DNA of 56,890 bases, filler included, from Squatina squatina (Eukaryota), in assembly GCA_031763465.1 (NCBI GenBank). It is 4 parts of 4 records of this genome, joined end to end, with 100 filler letters (N's around TTAATTAATTAA, not from the genome) between each part and the next. Parts side by side here need not be neighbours in the genome. Positions count along the whole stretch, not along the records: positions 13,087 to 29,313 come from JARFOE010000001.1; positions 29,414 to 42,393 come from JARFOE010000121.1; 2 more parts are not named here. One strand, written 5' to 3'. Of the stretch, positions 23,259 to 35,704 are shown in pieces. How positions within the stretch are numbered: position 1 is the first letter of the stretch; the number at the start of each line of letters is the position of its first letter. The notes below the pieces were generated by a model, which had not been told where the DNA came from, did not search any database, and saw only the letters and a program-made list of their open reading frames with translations. The translations under genes were made by a program, and so were the position numbers.

Positions 23259-23623
23259 AAGGCGAGGAGTCTAGCTGCTGCATTTTATCTGCTGCAAAAA
23301 ATCGTGCAAGCTGTCAGACTGTTGCCTCGGTGCTTAAGACTTCTGCTCTGGCACTTGATACAATACACTAATATTTGTACAATGCAATACTTTCAAAATA
23401 TTAATATGGTTGTGAACTGGATAGTGCTGACCCAGCCTGGTGCAGTGATTGAGGTATGTAATCTGTAAAACAAGGTTTTAATTTGGTAAATTAATTGCTT
23501 CTGTGCAGAGAGTTGCCTTAAAAATTATTGCACACAAAAAAAATCTTTGTTCTTCCTATTGATGCACTTGAAATGATCTTGGGCTTTGAATTTGTAATAT
23601 CTTTTTTCACTTTTCAGTGTGTC

Positions 23624-23629
23624 AATAAA
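23624..23629 (+). promoter_or_regulatory. Putative HADH polyadenylation signal
   Basis: AATAAA ~365 nt after the stop, followed by T-rich sequence. Confidence 0.5.
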
Positions 23630-23801
23630 ATGCAACCTGAATTGCCGAACTCTGATCCCTGTAATAGTTACTTTGTATTATTTCTATTTACTTTGTCTGG
23701 TNNNNNNNNNNNNNNNNNNNNNNNNNNNNNNNNNNNNNNNNNNNNNNNNNNNNNNNNNNNNNNNNNNNNNNNNNNNNNNNNNNNNNNNNNNNNNNNNNNN
23801 N

Positions 23802-24167
23802 GGCGTCATTGGTAAGGTCGGCATTTATTGCCCATCCCTATTTGCCGAGGGGCTTACTAAGGCCACTTCAGAGGGCAGTAAAGAGTCAACCACATCGGTG
23901 CAGGACTGAAGTCGTATAAGGACCAGACTGGGTCAGGACGGCAGGTCTCCTTCCCTCAAGGACATTAGTGAACCAGTTGGGTTTTTACGATAATCGGACA
24001 GATCCTTGATCCCTTTCACTGACACCACCTTTTTACTTTCCAGATTTTTTTTTAAAGACTGAATTCAAATTCTCAAAGTGCCATGGTGGGGATTCGAACT
24101 CACATCCTCTGGAAGTAGTACTTCCAGGGCTCTGATTACTCGTCCAGTAACATAACCACTACACTAC
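23802..24167 (-). mobile_element. tRNA-derived SINE of a second family
   Basis: On the minus strand: GGTAGTGTAGTGGTTATGTTACT (A-box) and GAGTTCGAATC (B-box) head, with an LINE-like tail near 23802-23850. Confidence 0.6.
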
Positions 24168-25361
24168 CGAGTGTCACCAAAAAAAAAGGATTTAGAGTGT
24201 CTCCACATGAACAAATGATAAACCACACTAAAATCTAAAAAAAAAACAGCTTTTGATTTTATTTTTAAAATTCCATTATTCTTAACAAACCTGCTTAAAA
24301 AGAAATAAGTATAATGATACAGCTCACAAGAAAGCTTACTCAAGAATCCCTGCTGTGCCTGCAATGTGAAAGGTACTCTTTTGCCACAAATCTGTCCCAT
24401 CAGTTCAGTCAAAACACTCATTTAAGAAAAAGTTTAATATCTTGTTCCAGTTTTTCCTTTTAAATAAAACAATCCCCGCGCTAGCTCTAAGGAACGGACC
24501 TTGGTCTCTCAGAGTGGCAGAGCCTGAACCGGCAGCTCCCGCTCACTGCGTGAGTTCAGCGGGGCCACGGCATGGAGCAGCCCATCTCCTGGGAGCAAAG
24601 GGGAGGGGAAACACCAACAGGACCAAATCAAACCCCTTGTAGCACATGTCCCATTCGCCAATCACAAAGTGCCATTGATGGTATCACGGNNNNNNNNNNN
24701 NNNNNNNNNNNNNNNNNNNNNNNNNNNNNNNNNNNNNNNNNNNNNNNNNNNNNNNNNNNNNNNNNNNNNNNNNNNNNNNNNNNNNNNNNNNNNNNNNNNN
24801 NNNNNNNNNNNNNNNNNNNNNNNNNNNNNNNNNNNNNNNNNNNNNNNNNNNNNNNNNNNNNNNNNNNNNNNNNNNNNNNNNNNNNNNNNNNNNNNNNNNN
24901 NNNNNNNNNNNNNNNNNNNNNNNNNNNNNNNNNNNNNNNNNNNNNNNNNNNNNNNNNNNNNNNNNNNNNNNNNNNNNNNNNNNNNNNNNNNNNNNNNNNN
25001 NNNNNNNNNNNNNNNNNNNNNNNNNNNNNNNNNNNNNNNNNNNNNNNNNNNNNNNNNNNNNNNNNNNNNNNNNNNNNNNNNNNNNNNNNNNNNNNNNNNN
25101 NNNNNNNNNNNNNNNNNNNNNNNNNNNNNNNNNNNNNNNNNNNNNNNNNNNNNNNNNNNNNNNNNNNNNNNNNNNNNNNNNNNNNNNNNNNNNNNNNNNN
25201 NNNNNNNNNNNNNNNNNNNNNNNNNNNNNNNNNNNNNNNNNNNNNNNNNNNNNNNNNNNNNNNNNNNNNNNNNNNNNNNNNNNNNNNNNNNNNNNNNNNN
25301 NNNNNNNNNNNNNNNNNNNNNNNNNNNNNNNNNNNNNNNNNNNNNNNNNNNNNNNNNNNNN

Positions 25362-26079
25362 GTCCCAGAGCTGCCCGCCACTCAGAACTGTCTGCCTCGG
25401 TCGGGTGAGCGTGTTTTTTTGTGTGTGTGTGTCAGTTTCCAGGTGGGCTGCTAGATGGAGCACCACTTAGAAGTGAGACGTTCCATCTCCGGAGGAGGGA
25501 AGAAACTGACATCGTCGGGCTCACCCCACTTGACCTGCGCTTTCTGCTGGCTGATGATGGAACAGCGCTGCTGACAGTCCCGGAGAAGTCTGTGGCCCAA
25601 CCCATCCTGCTCTCCTGGCTGGAGGAGGAGGAGTTTTGGTGAGTGGCCTGTGAGAAGGAAATAAACAAATGAATAAACGGGGAGGAACGAGTAATCCAAG
25701 AAAGAAACTACAAACTTTAAGCACTTTTTTCACACCGTCGGAAAAAAAACCCTCCCCGCAAAATTCCCGCAATTATTCTCAAATGCAGAGGGGACGGATT
25801 TCGCCTCGCTACCTCTCCATGGTTTCATCACCCCTAGTCTTTTTTCTTCTTCTTCTTCTGATTGTCCACTCGCTCGTCCTTCACAGACACTAACGCACAC
25901 CGAGATCAGGAGATCCTCGGGAAGCCAACCTCCGTCCGGTAACTTACCCGAGTGGCTACGCTTCTTGCTCTGTGACGGTGAGCGGGGGCAGGCAATTCCC
26001 CACTAGGGGCCACTGCACCCTCGTCCATCCCTGTCCTCACTTTAACGTGCACACACGCACTTTCCAGCAGGAATCACTG
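25362..26079 (-). promoter_or_regulatory. CpG-rich putative 5' UTR/promoter region with a candidate 300-bp intron (25648-25947); possibly the LEF1 5' end
   Basis: Minus-strand donor GG|GTAAGT at 25947 and acceptor TTTATTTCCTTCTCACAG at 25648. LEF1 identity is inferred only from human gene order HADH(+), LEF1(-). Confidence 0.3.
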
Positions 26080-27489
26080 NNNNNNNNNNNNNNNNNNNNN
26101 NNNNNNNNNNNNNNNNNNNNNNNNNNNNNNNNNNNNNNNNNNNNNNNNNNNNNNNNNNNNNNNNNNNNNNNNNNNNNNNCTGTATTTTCACTTTCACCTT
26201 CAAATAAATGTCCTCGATTCCTGTCAGACTGAGAACAGTTGAGTTACAACTAATTCAGTGATGTTAAGCAACCAATGCACAGTTGGCAAATGCAAGTTAT
26301 CTATAGCCGGTTGCAACTTTAAACTGCGTTGCACTATCCTCAATTTAGCTTGAAAGGAGTCAATCAAAACGTGGCATTGTCCATGGAGTATGACAGATCG
26401 GGATGGTGTCGTGGTGCTGAATCTTAACTATTTAGCCATGCTCATGGAGCAAGTGTGCAATCAACTGTTGTTTCCCCTGAAGAGCCTGAGACTGTGGGTA
26501 AGCGAGGAGATCACTTACCATCACAGTGAGTTTTGTTGTGTGTCCAACTGAATAAAGTTGCTGGTGTTAGAAATTGCATGTAGCTCACTCAGGTAAAAGG
26601 GCATCACCCTATTGTCCAATACCTATTCCTCTTCAGAGTTGTGCACAGGAATCACTTCCTGTGGTAGATAGAACGTTCTTTTGCAACTATTTCTTCCATT
26701 TTCTATTAAGTAATTCATAAATCTGTGTGCAAGCATACATATATACTAGTGACATTTTAAAAATAAATAAATAAAATCCCAACCAGTTTTGTGCNNNNNN
26801 NNNNNNNNNNNNNNNNNNNNNNNNNNNNNNNNNNNNNNNNNNNNNNNNNNNNNNNNNNNNNNNNNNNNNNNNNNNNNNNNNNNNNNNNNNNNNNTTACAC
26901 ACTTTTCAGACGCATATCAAAATAACAACCGAGCGTGGTTATCACCAGTTTACTGTGGGGAGGCGGTGGGGGTTACACCTTGTTTGAGGGGAGGGGTGAA
27001 GGAAGCACAAGGGGCAGGCACTTCAAAGTAATCGAACTGCACGGACTCCGAAAATGGGAGGAGGAAAAAAAATAGGGGAATCCAGGGAAGGGTGCCAAGT
27101 GGGAGGAGATATCTGCATTACTAAACTCCATGTTACAGTCTGCATGGGGCATGAATAAAGAAACAAAGATATTTCATCTGTGCCCATGCTAATACAGGGA
27201 GGCGAGTTGCTTACTGCTACAGGGAACTAATTCCGCTAATCCTAAATCCACCGCAGCTATTGGGATCTGCATACATTTGCCACAGTAGGACGATAGCAGC
27301 GTGCCAACTCTGAGACGTATCGGAAGAGCAGTAACGTTTTGAGAAAATAGCATTTCACTGACACCTACACACTCAGTTTAAAATATTAACAAAACAAAAC
27401 AAAAGCACTACAATGGCTCAGATTCGATTCTGTTGCTGCTCCAAATTGCCAATCCCCCCCCTGTCCTGGTCTGGGACAGAAGAGAAAGC

Positions 27490-27700
27490 CTTGGACATTC
27501 TTAAAAGGCGCATCACAGAGGCGCAAAGACAAACAATATAAAATGAGTGCCGAGCCAAAGAAGGAGATATGAGGAGGGGCGGGGTGACCAAAAGCTTAGT
27601 CGTAAAGGTGGGTTTTAAGGAGGGAGGGAGGTGGAGAGGTGGAGGTCCTAAGGGAGGGAAAGTGGCTGATGGTATGGCCACAAATGGTCGGACGGAGACG
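27490..27700 (-). mobile_element. L2 LINE 3' fragment
   Basis: GGTGACCAAAAGCTTAGTCGTAAAGGTGGGTTTTAAGGAG, similar to 29697-29990. Confidence 0.6.
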
Positions 27701-27829
27701 GAGGAGGAATCACAGCCGAGACTATGTGGATCGCCCGTAAAGATCTCCTGCCCGATGCAAACGGCAGTAAATAACTACACTGCCGGTTAGAGACACGTTA
27801 CAGTAGTGATAAAACAAATGCCTTCATTG

Positions 27830-28145
27830 TAACGCCTTTTCCGATGAGACCTTAAACCGAAGCCCTGTCGGCTTTTTCGGGTGGGCAGAAGAGGACACAT
27901 GGTACTATTTCGAAGAACAGCGGGGGAGTTCTCCTGGTGTCCTGCCCAATATGTATCCCTCAGTCAACATAAAAAACATACAGATTATCTGGGTCACTAT
28001 ATCATTGCTGTTTGTGGGACCTTGCTGTGCGCAAATTGGCTGCTACGTTTCCTACATTATAACAGTGGATACACTTTAAAAATACTTCATTGGTTGTCAA
28101 GCACTTTGGGATGTCCTGAGGTCATGAAAGGCACTATAAAAATGC
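27830..28145 (+). mobile_element. Deu-domain SINE (5'-truncated), followed by a GC-rich MITE-like end at 28147
   Basis: GATGAGACCTTAAACCGA...GGTACTATTTCGAAGAA...GCAAATTGGCTGC...GAAAGGCACTATAAAAATGC. Confidence 0.8.
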
Positions 28146-29313
28146 GAGGGGGAGAAATTTGCATGGTTTGCGACTCCTGGGGGTGCTAACGGGGCGCAAA
28201 CGATTTCTTGTCGAGGTGGGGGCGCTACCGGCTCCCGTGAAATTGTGTGGGAGTTAGCGGAGGTGCAAAACCGGGAGCGTCCCGCTCCCACCAGTAGCAC
28301 CCTGGGCCGCTGCGNNNNNNNNNNNNNNNNNNNNNNNNNNNNNNNNNNNNNNNNNNNNNNNNNNNNNNNNNNNNNNNNNNNNNNNNNNNNNNNNNNNNNN
28401 NNNNNNNNNNNNNNCCCCCCCCCACCCTGCCCCCTGTTGTGAGAGAGAAGTCGGCCAGCGGCATGTTTAAAGAGGCTCGACCATGAAAGCGTTCAGACCT
28501 CCCACTGCCACTCCTGGATGGGCCAGTGGCTCGCTCGGCTGCTTTCCCGCCCGGGAGTTAATATTCCCACTAATGTGTCTGTCCTGGGTGACTCACAGCA
28601 AAAGGCAAAAAAAAAGCCCAACTCATGAGGAAACTGGATAAAGGCAAGTGAAAGTTCAACTATTGTGATTTCGCCGACATGTGCAGAATTGTACATGCAA
28701 ATTAAGTCTTAAGGTAGGTAGAGAATCACTGGAGCTTGGAGCTCCAGTCACGGAGAAAAAAAACAGAAGCAAGCAAAGCTACCCTCAGTATAAAACAGGC
28801 TCTCAGCACCTAGTCTGTTGTGTAACAAGACTCATATTACAGTGAAGGTACTGTAACAAATGACATGAAGACATCAGGAGCCAGGGTCCAATAGCTTTGT
28901 AACAGAGAGTCTATTCACAACCTCACAATGAGGTAGGGGGTGTGTGACTCAATCTGGGCAAAGGATAAAGAAGTGTCCTTGGAATCCTACCTGTCTAAAA
29001 CACTAGCCTCCCCTTTTGTATGCTTTTGCCTGAAATTTAATACAAGAATGCATTTTTATGAGTCTCTGGTAGACACCGCAAGGATGCAGCCAAATAACTT
29101 TATTTGATTTTATTTCAATTGCTCCTTTATGTACTGGGTTCAATTCTGCACAATGTAATTTTGTAACATTTGTCTGAGTAACACTGAAGTCAAAATTCAT
29201 CTGGAATCAGTTGAAAAACTGGAAAGAAGTGGAGCAACTTAACTTGGATAGAAATGAACAGGGGTTTCAGGTTGCATCGTAAAGATTTGCTGTGCTCCCC
29301 ACTAGCTCAGCTG

Positions 29314-29413
29314 NNNNNNNNNNNNNNNNNNNNNNNNNNNNNNNNNNNNNNNNNNNNTTAATTAATTAANNNNNNNNNNNNNNNNNNNNNNNNNNNNNNN
29401 NNNNNNNNNNNNN
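29314..29413. other. Artificial segment linker (44N-TTAATTAATTAA-44N)
   Basis: Same structure as 12987-13086, 12-mer at 29358-29369. Confidence 0.95.
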
Positions 29414-29696
29414 TATCTGTTTCATTTGAAATTAAGGTGTGCAGCTTGGGTAGTTGTGGAAAATGTTCCTAATATGTGCAGTGGTCTTTAAATTCAAAAA
29501 TCTGGAAAAGTGCATTGTTGGATGATATCGCCAAGGTTGAAAAGTACAAAAGAGATAAGGTAAATTAGGAACTTGTGATTGAGTGACACCGAGTGTATAT
29601 TTTAAAAGCCACAAGATTGTAGGGAGCAGAGAAGATTGAGGGGGTAAGGAGTTCCGCAATCCTGGATAAATGAGTTGGAGCAGAAGACTGCGTAAC

Positions 29697-29995
29697 CAAC
29701 AACAACAACAACAACAACTTGTATTTACATAGCACCTTTAACATAGTGAAATGTCCCAAGGTGCTTCACAGGAGCATGGTCAGACAAAATTTCACTGAGC
29801 CACATAAGGAGCTACAATGACAGGTGAAGTAGGATTTAATGATCATCTTAAAAGGAGGAGAGAGAGATGGAGAGGTGGAAAGATTTAAGGCGAGAATTCC
29901 AGAGCTCAGGGGCCAGGCAGCTGAAGGCACGGCCACCAAGGATGCAGCGATGGAGATTGGGAATCCTTTCCGATAACACAGTGAGATTGTAGGGA
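29697..29995 (-). mobile_element. L2 LINE 3' end with (GTT)n tail
   Basis: (AAC)7 followed by TTGTATTTACATAGCACCTTT. The minus strand encodes GGRAFSCLAPELWNS, the L2 ORF2 terminal motif. Confidence 0.8.
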
Positions 29996-32357
29996 GAGGG
30001 AAGAGCATGTGGTCTGGTATATTTGCAGCTTAGTAGGAGCAAGAGAAAAACAAAGAAACACTTGCCATAATAGCATTGAAAAAATAGAAAGGAATATGAA
30101 CGATTACAATGCAGAGAAGTTAGAAGCTTTCTTTCCTGACAGGTGAGAGATCACCTATCACATGATAAGTTTTCTCTCGATGGACAGCAATTCCCTTCAG
30201 AGACTCGGGATGCTTTTGCAATGTTAAATTAATTGGACATCTCACATTACCATTAGTCAGTGCTCAAATGGTTTGACTTTTGCCTGTCAGGTAATCTTCT
30301 ATTCAAAACACAAATATCAGCTGCTTTGCAGTTTATTTTAGTAGGAGCTGGAGTCTGAGTAACTCCTTTCTGCCCCATTAACATGATATTCTTCTACTGA
30401 ATTGAAATCTTACTAAAATAAATATGCTAATTTGGTAACCCATTGGTACCCCGACACAATTTCCACAAGTCAACCACCAGGGTCAAATTCTTCAGGCCCT
30501 CCTTCCAGCTGTGCCCTGTAAACTAATCTTAGCTCGGGGTTTCAGTTAATGTCAGTGTCCCTGGATCCGGGACTGGTGCAATCAGCCAGAGTTCCCCCTC
30601 CTGCTTGCGATCCCGTGAGCCCTGCTAAAACTGCACTGTTAGCTGTTCAGTCAGGCTCCACTATGGTGTCTTCAGTGGTTCGATAGCCCGGCGACCAGGC
30701 TCCCAGGTGAAGAGGGGCCGGTTCGCCGAGTGCATCTGGAGCCACGTACCAGCTAGAGTCACTGCCTTAAGGTGACTAAGGGAAACAATGCGGGGGCAAA
30801 GAAAGCATATTAATAAAAAAAAATGGAGATGCATTATGTAAAGATTATATGCAATTAGCCTTTAGGGAAACGTTTGCTGTAGCTTGTCAGTAACAGAGAA
30901 AAAAATTGATGCCTGATTATATTTCAGGAAAGGTTCTCAGCACGGACATGTAGTGCGCAGTGTAATCAGAAACAATTTTCCAGCTTCAGTCCTGAATTCA
31001 AACACATGAATTGGTATTACCAAAACATGCTCTAAATTACAGCAGGTTACACTTAGAGTATTCAATATATTTATTAGCAAATATGATCCTCTAATAATGA
31101 GTGCATGTTGTTAATTTAATGGCATGTTGGAGTTGTGTATCAATCACAGATGATCTTGTCCACAAATACATGGAAACCAGAGCATGGATTCCTTCCAAAG
31201 CTTGGCATTCGTGGGGAACAGTTTGCTCTGCTGCCTCTCTGACTGTTCTAACTGAAAGCAGAACAAAGCTGAACCCCGTGTTAATTAACATCTGCTTTTG
31301 TATATTAACTTTCTAGTTGAAGAATGCATATTCAAATTTATAATGTTTCATTTTTATGCCATAACATGATTAATAGTGNNNNNNNNNNNNNNNNNNNNNN
31401 NNNNNNNNNNNNNNNNNNNNNNNNNNNNNNNNNNNNNNNNNNNNNNNNNNNNNNNNNNNNNNNNNNNNNNNNNNNNNNCACAGCTAGCAGTCTAACTCTG
31501 GTCTGCCGGTTTCACATTGTCCTTTGTTGATTCAGTCCGTGATTAGTAGCTGTGTTATAACTGAAGCCCCAGTTCCAGACTGACACTACCCGTTAGGGTT
31601 ACATGTTGGTAACGGAAGAGGAAACCTCTGAGACATTGTTGCAGAGCCAAAGCTAATCTTCCAAAGCTAATCTTCCAGTTTCCATTTCATTGCACGTGTC
31701 TTGGGCTTGCGGACCATGTTGGCATTGCCTTCTGTGGCCTATACATTGTTAGTTCCATATGGTTTATAGCTCGCCTTGCGAGAGTAATAGGAAACAAACT
31801 ATTTACTGATGTTTAGACTGTTACTCGTAGACAGTTGTTTCCCTTTGATGTCTTTTCATCCGGGGTAAGATTTATGTGTGGATTACTGGTTGTGTGTGTA
31901 TGTTTGTAGAAGACGCAGGCTTTCCCTTTAGACATGGGTATTTTTAGCAGTTGCTCTCTATTCCTAATGAATGCCTCCAAACAACTTTAATTCTGGGTCT
32001 GTGCTCGCAGCTCCCTGTATTTAGCTGTGCAATATTGATAGCTACACACATTTTAACAATGGTTAAAAGGCTTCTTAAAACAATATTGTGATTGTGAAAA
32101 AAGAATTCTGGTGCTGCTCAACATTCCTTTAAACAATAGCTTTGCTGCAAAACACTGTGTTTTCGCTGAAGGTGACCTATTGTAACCTTATAGAAGCTTT
32201 TTGTGTTTTTTTGGCGGACTTCACAGTTGCTGAAGGCTAAAGACCTCACAGTCTCCGAGCACTTTTCCCCGTCTCAAACTAACCTGCCTTTATTTGCATT
32301 CACTGAACATCTCAGTTCTTCTCTGTGTTGCCCGGTTTGGACTGATTGGAATAAACA

Positions 32358-32459
32358 ATGGCATTTTTGTCTCTCACTTCAATGATGACCTCGCTTTTAC
32401 TTCTGTGCACAAGAGGTGAAGCACAGAATACCAAAGGGTGGCAGGATGAACTAAACCGA
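32358..32459 (+). CDS. Candidate N-terminus of an unidentified secreted or membrane protein (MAFLSLTSMMTSLLLLCTRGEAQNTKGWQDELNR), cut by a gap
   Basis: Strong Kozak context AAACAATGG, in-frame TAA 6 nt upstream, hydrophobic core and GEA|Q cleavage-like site. No recognised homologue. Confidence 0.3.
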
Positions 32460-32677
32460 NNNNNNNNNNNNNNNNNNNNNNNNNNNNNNNNNNNNNNNNN
32501 NNNNNNNNNNNNNNNNNNNNNNNNNNNNNNNNNNNNNNNNNNNNNNNNNNNNNNNNNNNTTCTGTTTATGGGAGCTTGCTGTGTGCAATTGGCTGTCGAG
32601 TTTCCCACATTACAACAGTGACTACACTCCAAAAGTACTTCATTGACTGTAATGCGCTTTGAGTCATCCAGTGGTCG

Positions 32678-34065
32678 TTGTAGAATTCAGGCTAGAATTC
32701 TCATTTTGCCCACAGGAAAGAATGGACACTAAAATGGTGGTTTAATTTTGCAAGATGGACACTGCAGAGTTAAGGAACAGACAGACAGGTTCCTTCAAAA
32801 CCACAAAAGCTTTTATTAAACATACAGCAAGAGTCCAACAGAAACCAGCACCTTTCAGATGCAAAGGCATACGCATCGAAAAGGGAGGAAGGGACACGCC
32901 CTTTTACATAACCTGACCACGTAGTGGTGAAAAACATTGCACACTCAATGGGTTTGTGGAGATGACCCATTGTAAAGAGCCATTATCGCCTGATTTAGGT
33001 GATGAAACATTACAAATTTGATTCTGCACCCATTAACGCCTGATACCGGCCGTGGGCTTCATCTGATTTTTGANNNNNNNNNNACCCAACCACCGAGCCA
33101 GGGGCGGAAGTCACAATAACAGCGAACAATACTGAGTGCGTAACAAGATTAAAATGCGAAAAGAGCCATGTCTGAGAACTTTATGCAACAAAAGAATAAT
33201 AATATCTGCGTCAAACGCCTTGGGCCAGAAAAACAGTGCAGTTTCCCGACTCGCAGAGGGGACTATCTCACTCTCTCTCTGTTGACCTCTTGGAAAACTG
33301 GCTCTCCTGAAGACCTGCTATCGAAACTCGTACAACAGGAACAAGTAACGTTAATGAAAGAAGAACATGAGTAACAAGTAACAACAAATAACGAAAACCG
33401 TCGAAGACCATCACCATCAGCGATCCAAGAAAAACAGGCTTCGGAGAACTTCTGCTGCACGCTCCAATCAACAGCACGCTTCACCTTCCAGGTTCCAACC
33501 TCCGGGGTCCGGCACCTTCCAGGTTCAGCGCCACCGATCAGCCCAGGTAGAGGGCGAGTTCCATGCCGACGACTGGCGAGTCATCCCCGGGGTTCCACCA
33601 CCTCTAGTTGCACCTGGAGACCTTCACCGGCCACGAGCAGGCCGATCTGGACCACGCATCAGTCCCCATCCACGCCATCGCCTCCACGAACCCGAACTAG
33701 TCAACAGTCGCCATTTGGGGTACACACCGAGCAGTGGAAGACGTCGCAATGCGAGTTCTGGTGAGCGTACGCCCAAACCCCAAGACACATAGGCACAGCA
33801 GTGTGAAGCGCGACCCTCGCAACTCTCGGCCAAACTATAGTTTAAAGGGGATTTGCTATCACTGCTTTGTATCATTGATCTTGTTTTATCTGTGGCAACA
33901 CATAATAAAACATCTTTTGGTTCAACCTGAGACACAGGTGTTGTTTGCATTGACTCAGAGGGTTTTCTCCGACGAATACATTATCATAAGCACAGGTCCC
34001 TCAGACCCACGAGATCCACGGAGTGGAATTGTATTAGGCGCAGCCGAAGCAGATTCCACCAGCAC
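32678..34065. mobile_element. Possible LTR or other young element
   Basis: Abrupt start with TG at a truncated SINE tail, CpG-rich interior, AATAAA at ~33904 then a T-rich tract. No TSD or PBS confirmed. Confidence 0.35.
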
Positions 34066-35049
34066 CGATCTAAAAACACTTACAACTCCCCCGCCCCTTC
34101 TGTGGCCTCTGTCCACAGAATCTGTAGGCCATCAACCCATAAGAAGTCAATGGGCGATAACTGTTAGGCCCCTTCTGATTCACACTTGTTTCCGTGTTAG
34201 GTTTTGCCCTTTCCTGTCAGAAGATAGAAAACACACATACGTTAGAATTTGGAAGAGCAGGAACACGTCATGCCTGGGGGCCCAGCCTACATAACCCTCT
34301 GTGTGAATCCACCAACATGCAGCATGCAAGTAGCTGTGATGGCAGTCTGCTTTCTGTCCTAACTTGCAAGATTTATGTGTGACATTGGATGCATATTTGT
34401 GTACCAGCAACAAATTATATCCTGGAGCCATACGGGCAGGTACGTGCATGTGTCAATGAGCTGAAGGTTTGCCCAAGTGTTTTGCATGTTGTGTCAGTGA
34501 AGCAGCACCACGGTAAGAATGATTGTCATTCATAAGACCATATAAAAGTAGGCAAAACGTGGGTGTTCGTACCTTTGTAATCTTAATGAGTTCAGAACAT
34601 TTCTTTCTCATCTACACCCATGACCTGTGCATTGACTTGCATGGTCATTTCTACCCATGCATTTTGAAGAGTGTTTCCAATCAGTGAGTGTACCTCAGCT
34701 CCAAAGAGGGCAACTTCATTGCATCCCATGCACACAATGCACAGGGTCCCACCGGCACTTATGGCAGGTCTGTATTATTGGTGTCATCAAGTGCTACACT
34801 CCTCTTAGAAACATTTTTTGTCCCACTGTGCAGAATAGACAGAGGTTAAATGACTCAGCCAATGAGGACTAGCACTTGTGAGAAGCATGAATCATCTATA
34901 GTAGCTCTGGTTAAAGTACAAAACAATCTTTCATTTATTCTACAGAGATGAGTTAGTTATGATTTATTATTTTCATTTAGAAAATTATGCACACCATAAG
35001 TGAATGGCTTCCTTTATCTTGACTATCAGAAACAATCCCGGCAAGTTAA

Positions 35050-35683
35050 ATTGCACTGATATCCTGACAGGGGTGTCCTTCAGAAGCAATGGGATGAGGC
35101 TGCTCCCTCCTCCCTCCTCTCTCTCTCTCTCTCTCTCCCCACAGCTTTGCAGTGCAGCAACACCAAGGGAGGAGTGAGTTGTATGGTTTTGCTGCTCTAT
35201 TGGCAGCTAGGCTTCAGTACAGAGAGAGAAAAAAAAAAGCCTGTCTGTAGCATCGACTGCCTTCAGTGAAAAAAGTGGAAGCTCCTTATGCCTGCCTGCG
35301 TTCAGTGAAGTGAAACCAAGGAGCAGGATTAACCGAAGCCAGTAGCTAAAAGGAGCAGAGTAAATAAAAGGTGCTTACCAAGGAACAGTGCTGCAGCGTT
35401 CAATAGCTTTATGTTCCCACAGAAAGGGCTTCACAGTTGTACCTCATAATCTGGCATCGAGCTGAGTGTGGTCATTAAACTGGGTGTGTAGAGTATTATT
35501 CCACTTGACTGGTGGAATGAGCCGTTGTTAGAAGGAAAAGCTGCTGGTAGAGGCTGGCTCAGTCATTTGCACCATGCTGACTTTGTCCACCTGTCACCTG
35601 CAGGTTCTAGGCTTCCTCTGACTGCGTGAGGTTTATAGTTCGGAGACGTTGCACTGAAGCTTCACAGGAACAAGCTGCAAACC
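35050..35683 (+). promoter_or_regulatory. SEMA3A proximal promoter/5' UTR including a (CT)n tract at ~35105-35140
   Basis: Gap-free non-repetitive sequence contiguous with the SEMA3A ATG. Confidence 0.6.
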
Positions 35684-35704
35684 ATGGGCTGGCTCACTGG
35701 GATT
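35684..35704 (+). CDS. SEMA3A: SEMA3A start (MGWLTGI), truncated by gap
   Basis: ACCATGG Kozak context. Human SEMA3A begins MGWLTRI. Lies upstream of two other SEMA3A exons. Confidence 0.85.

Noticed and set aside
33734-34294. 186-aa ORF
   Set aside because: Non-ATG start, no recognisable domain, and it crosses the probable boundary of a repeat element.
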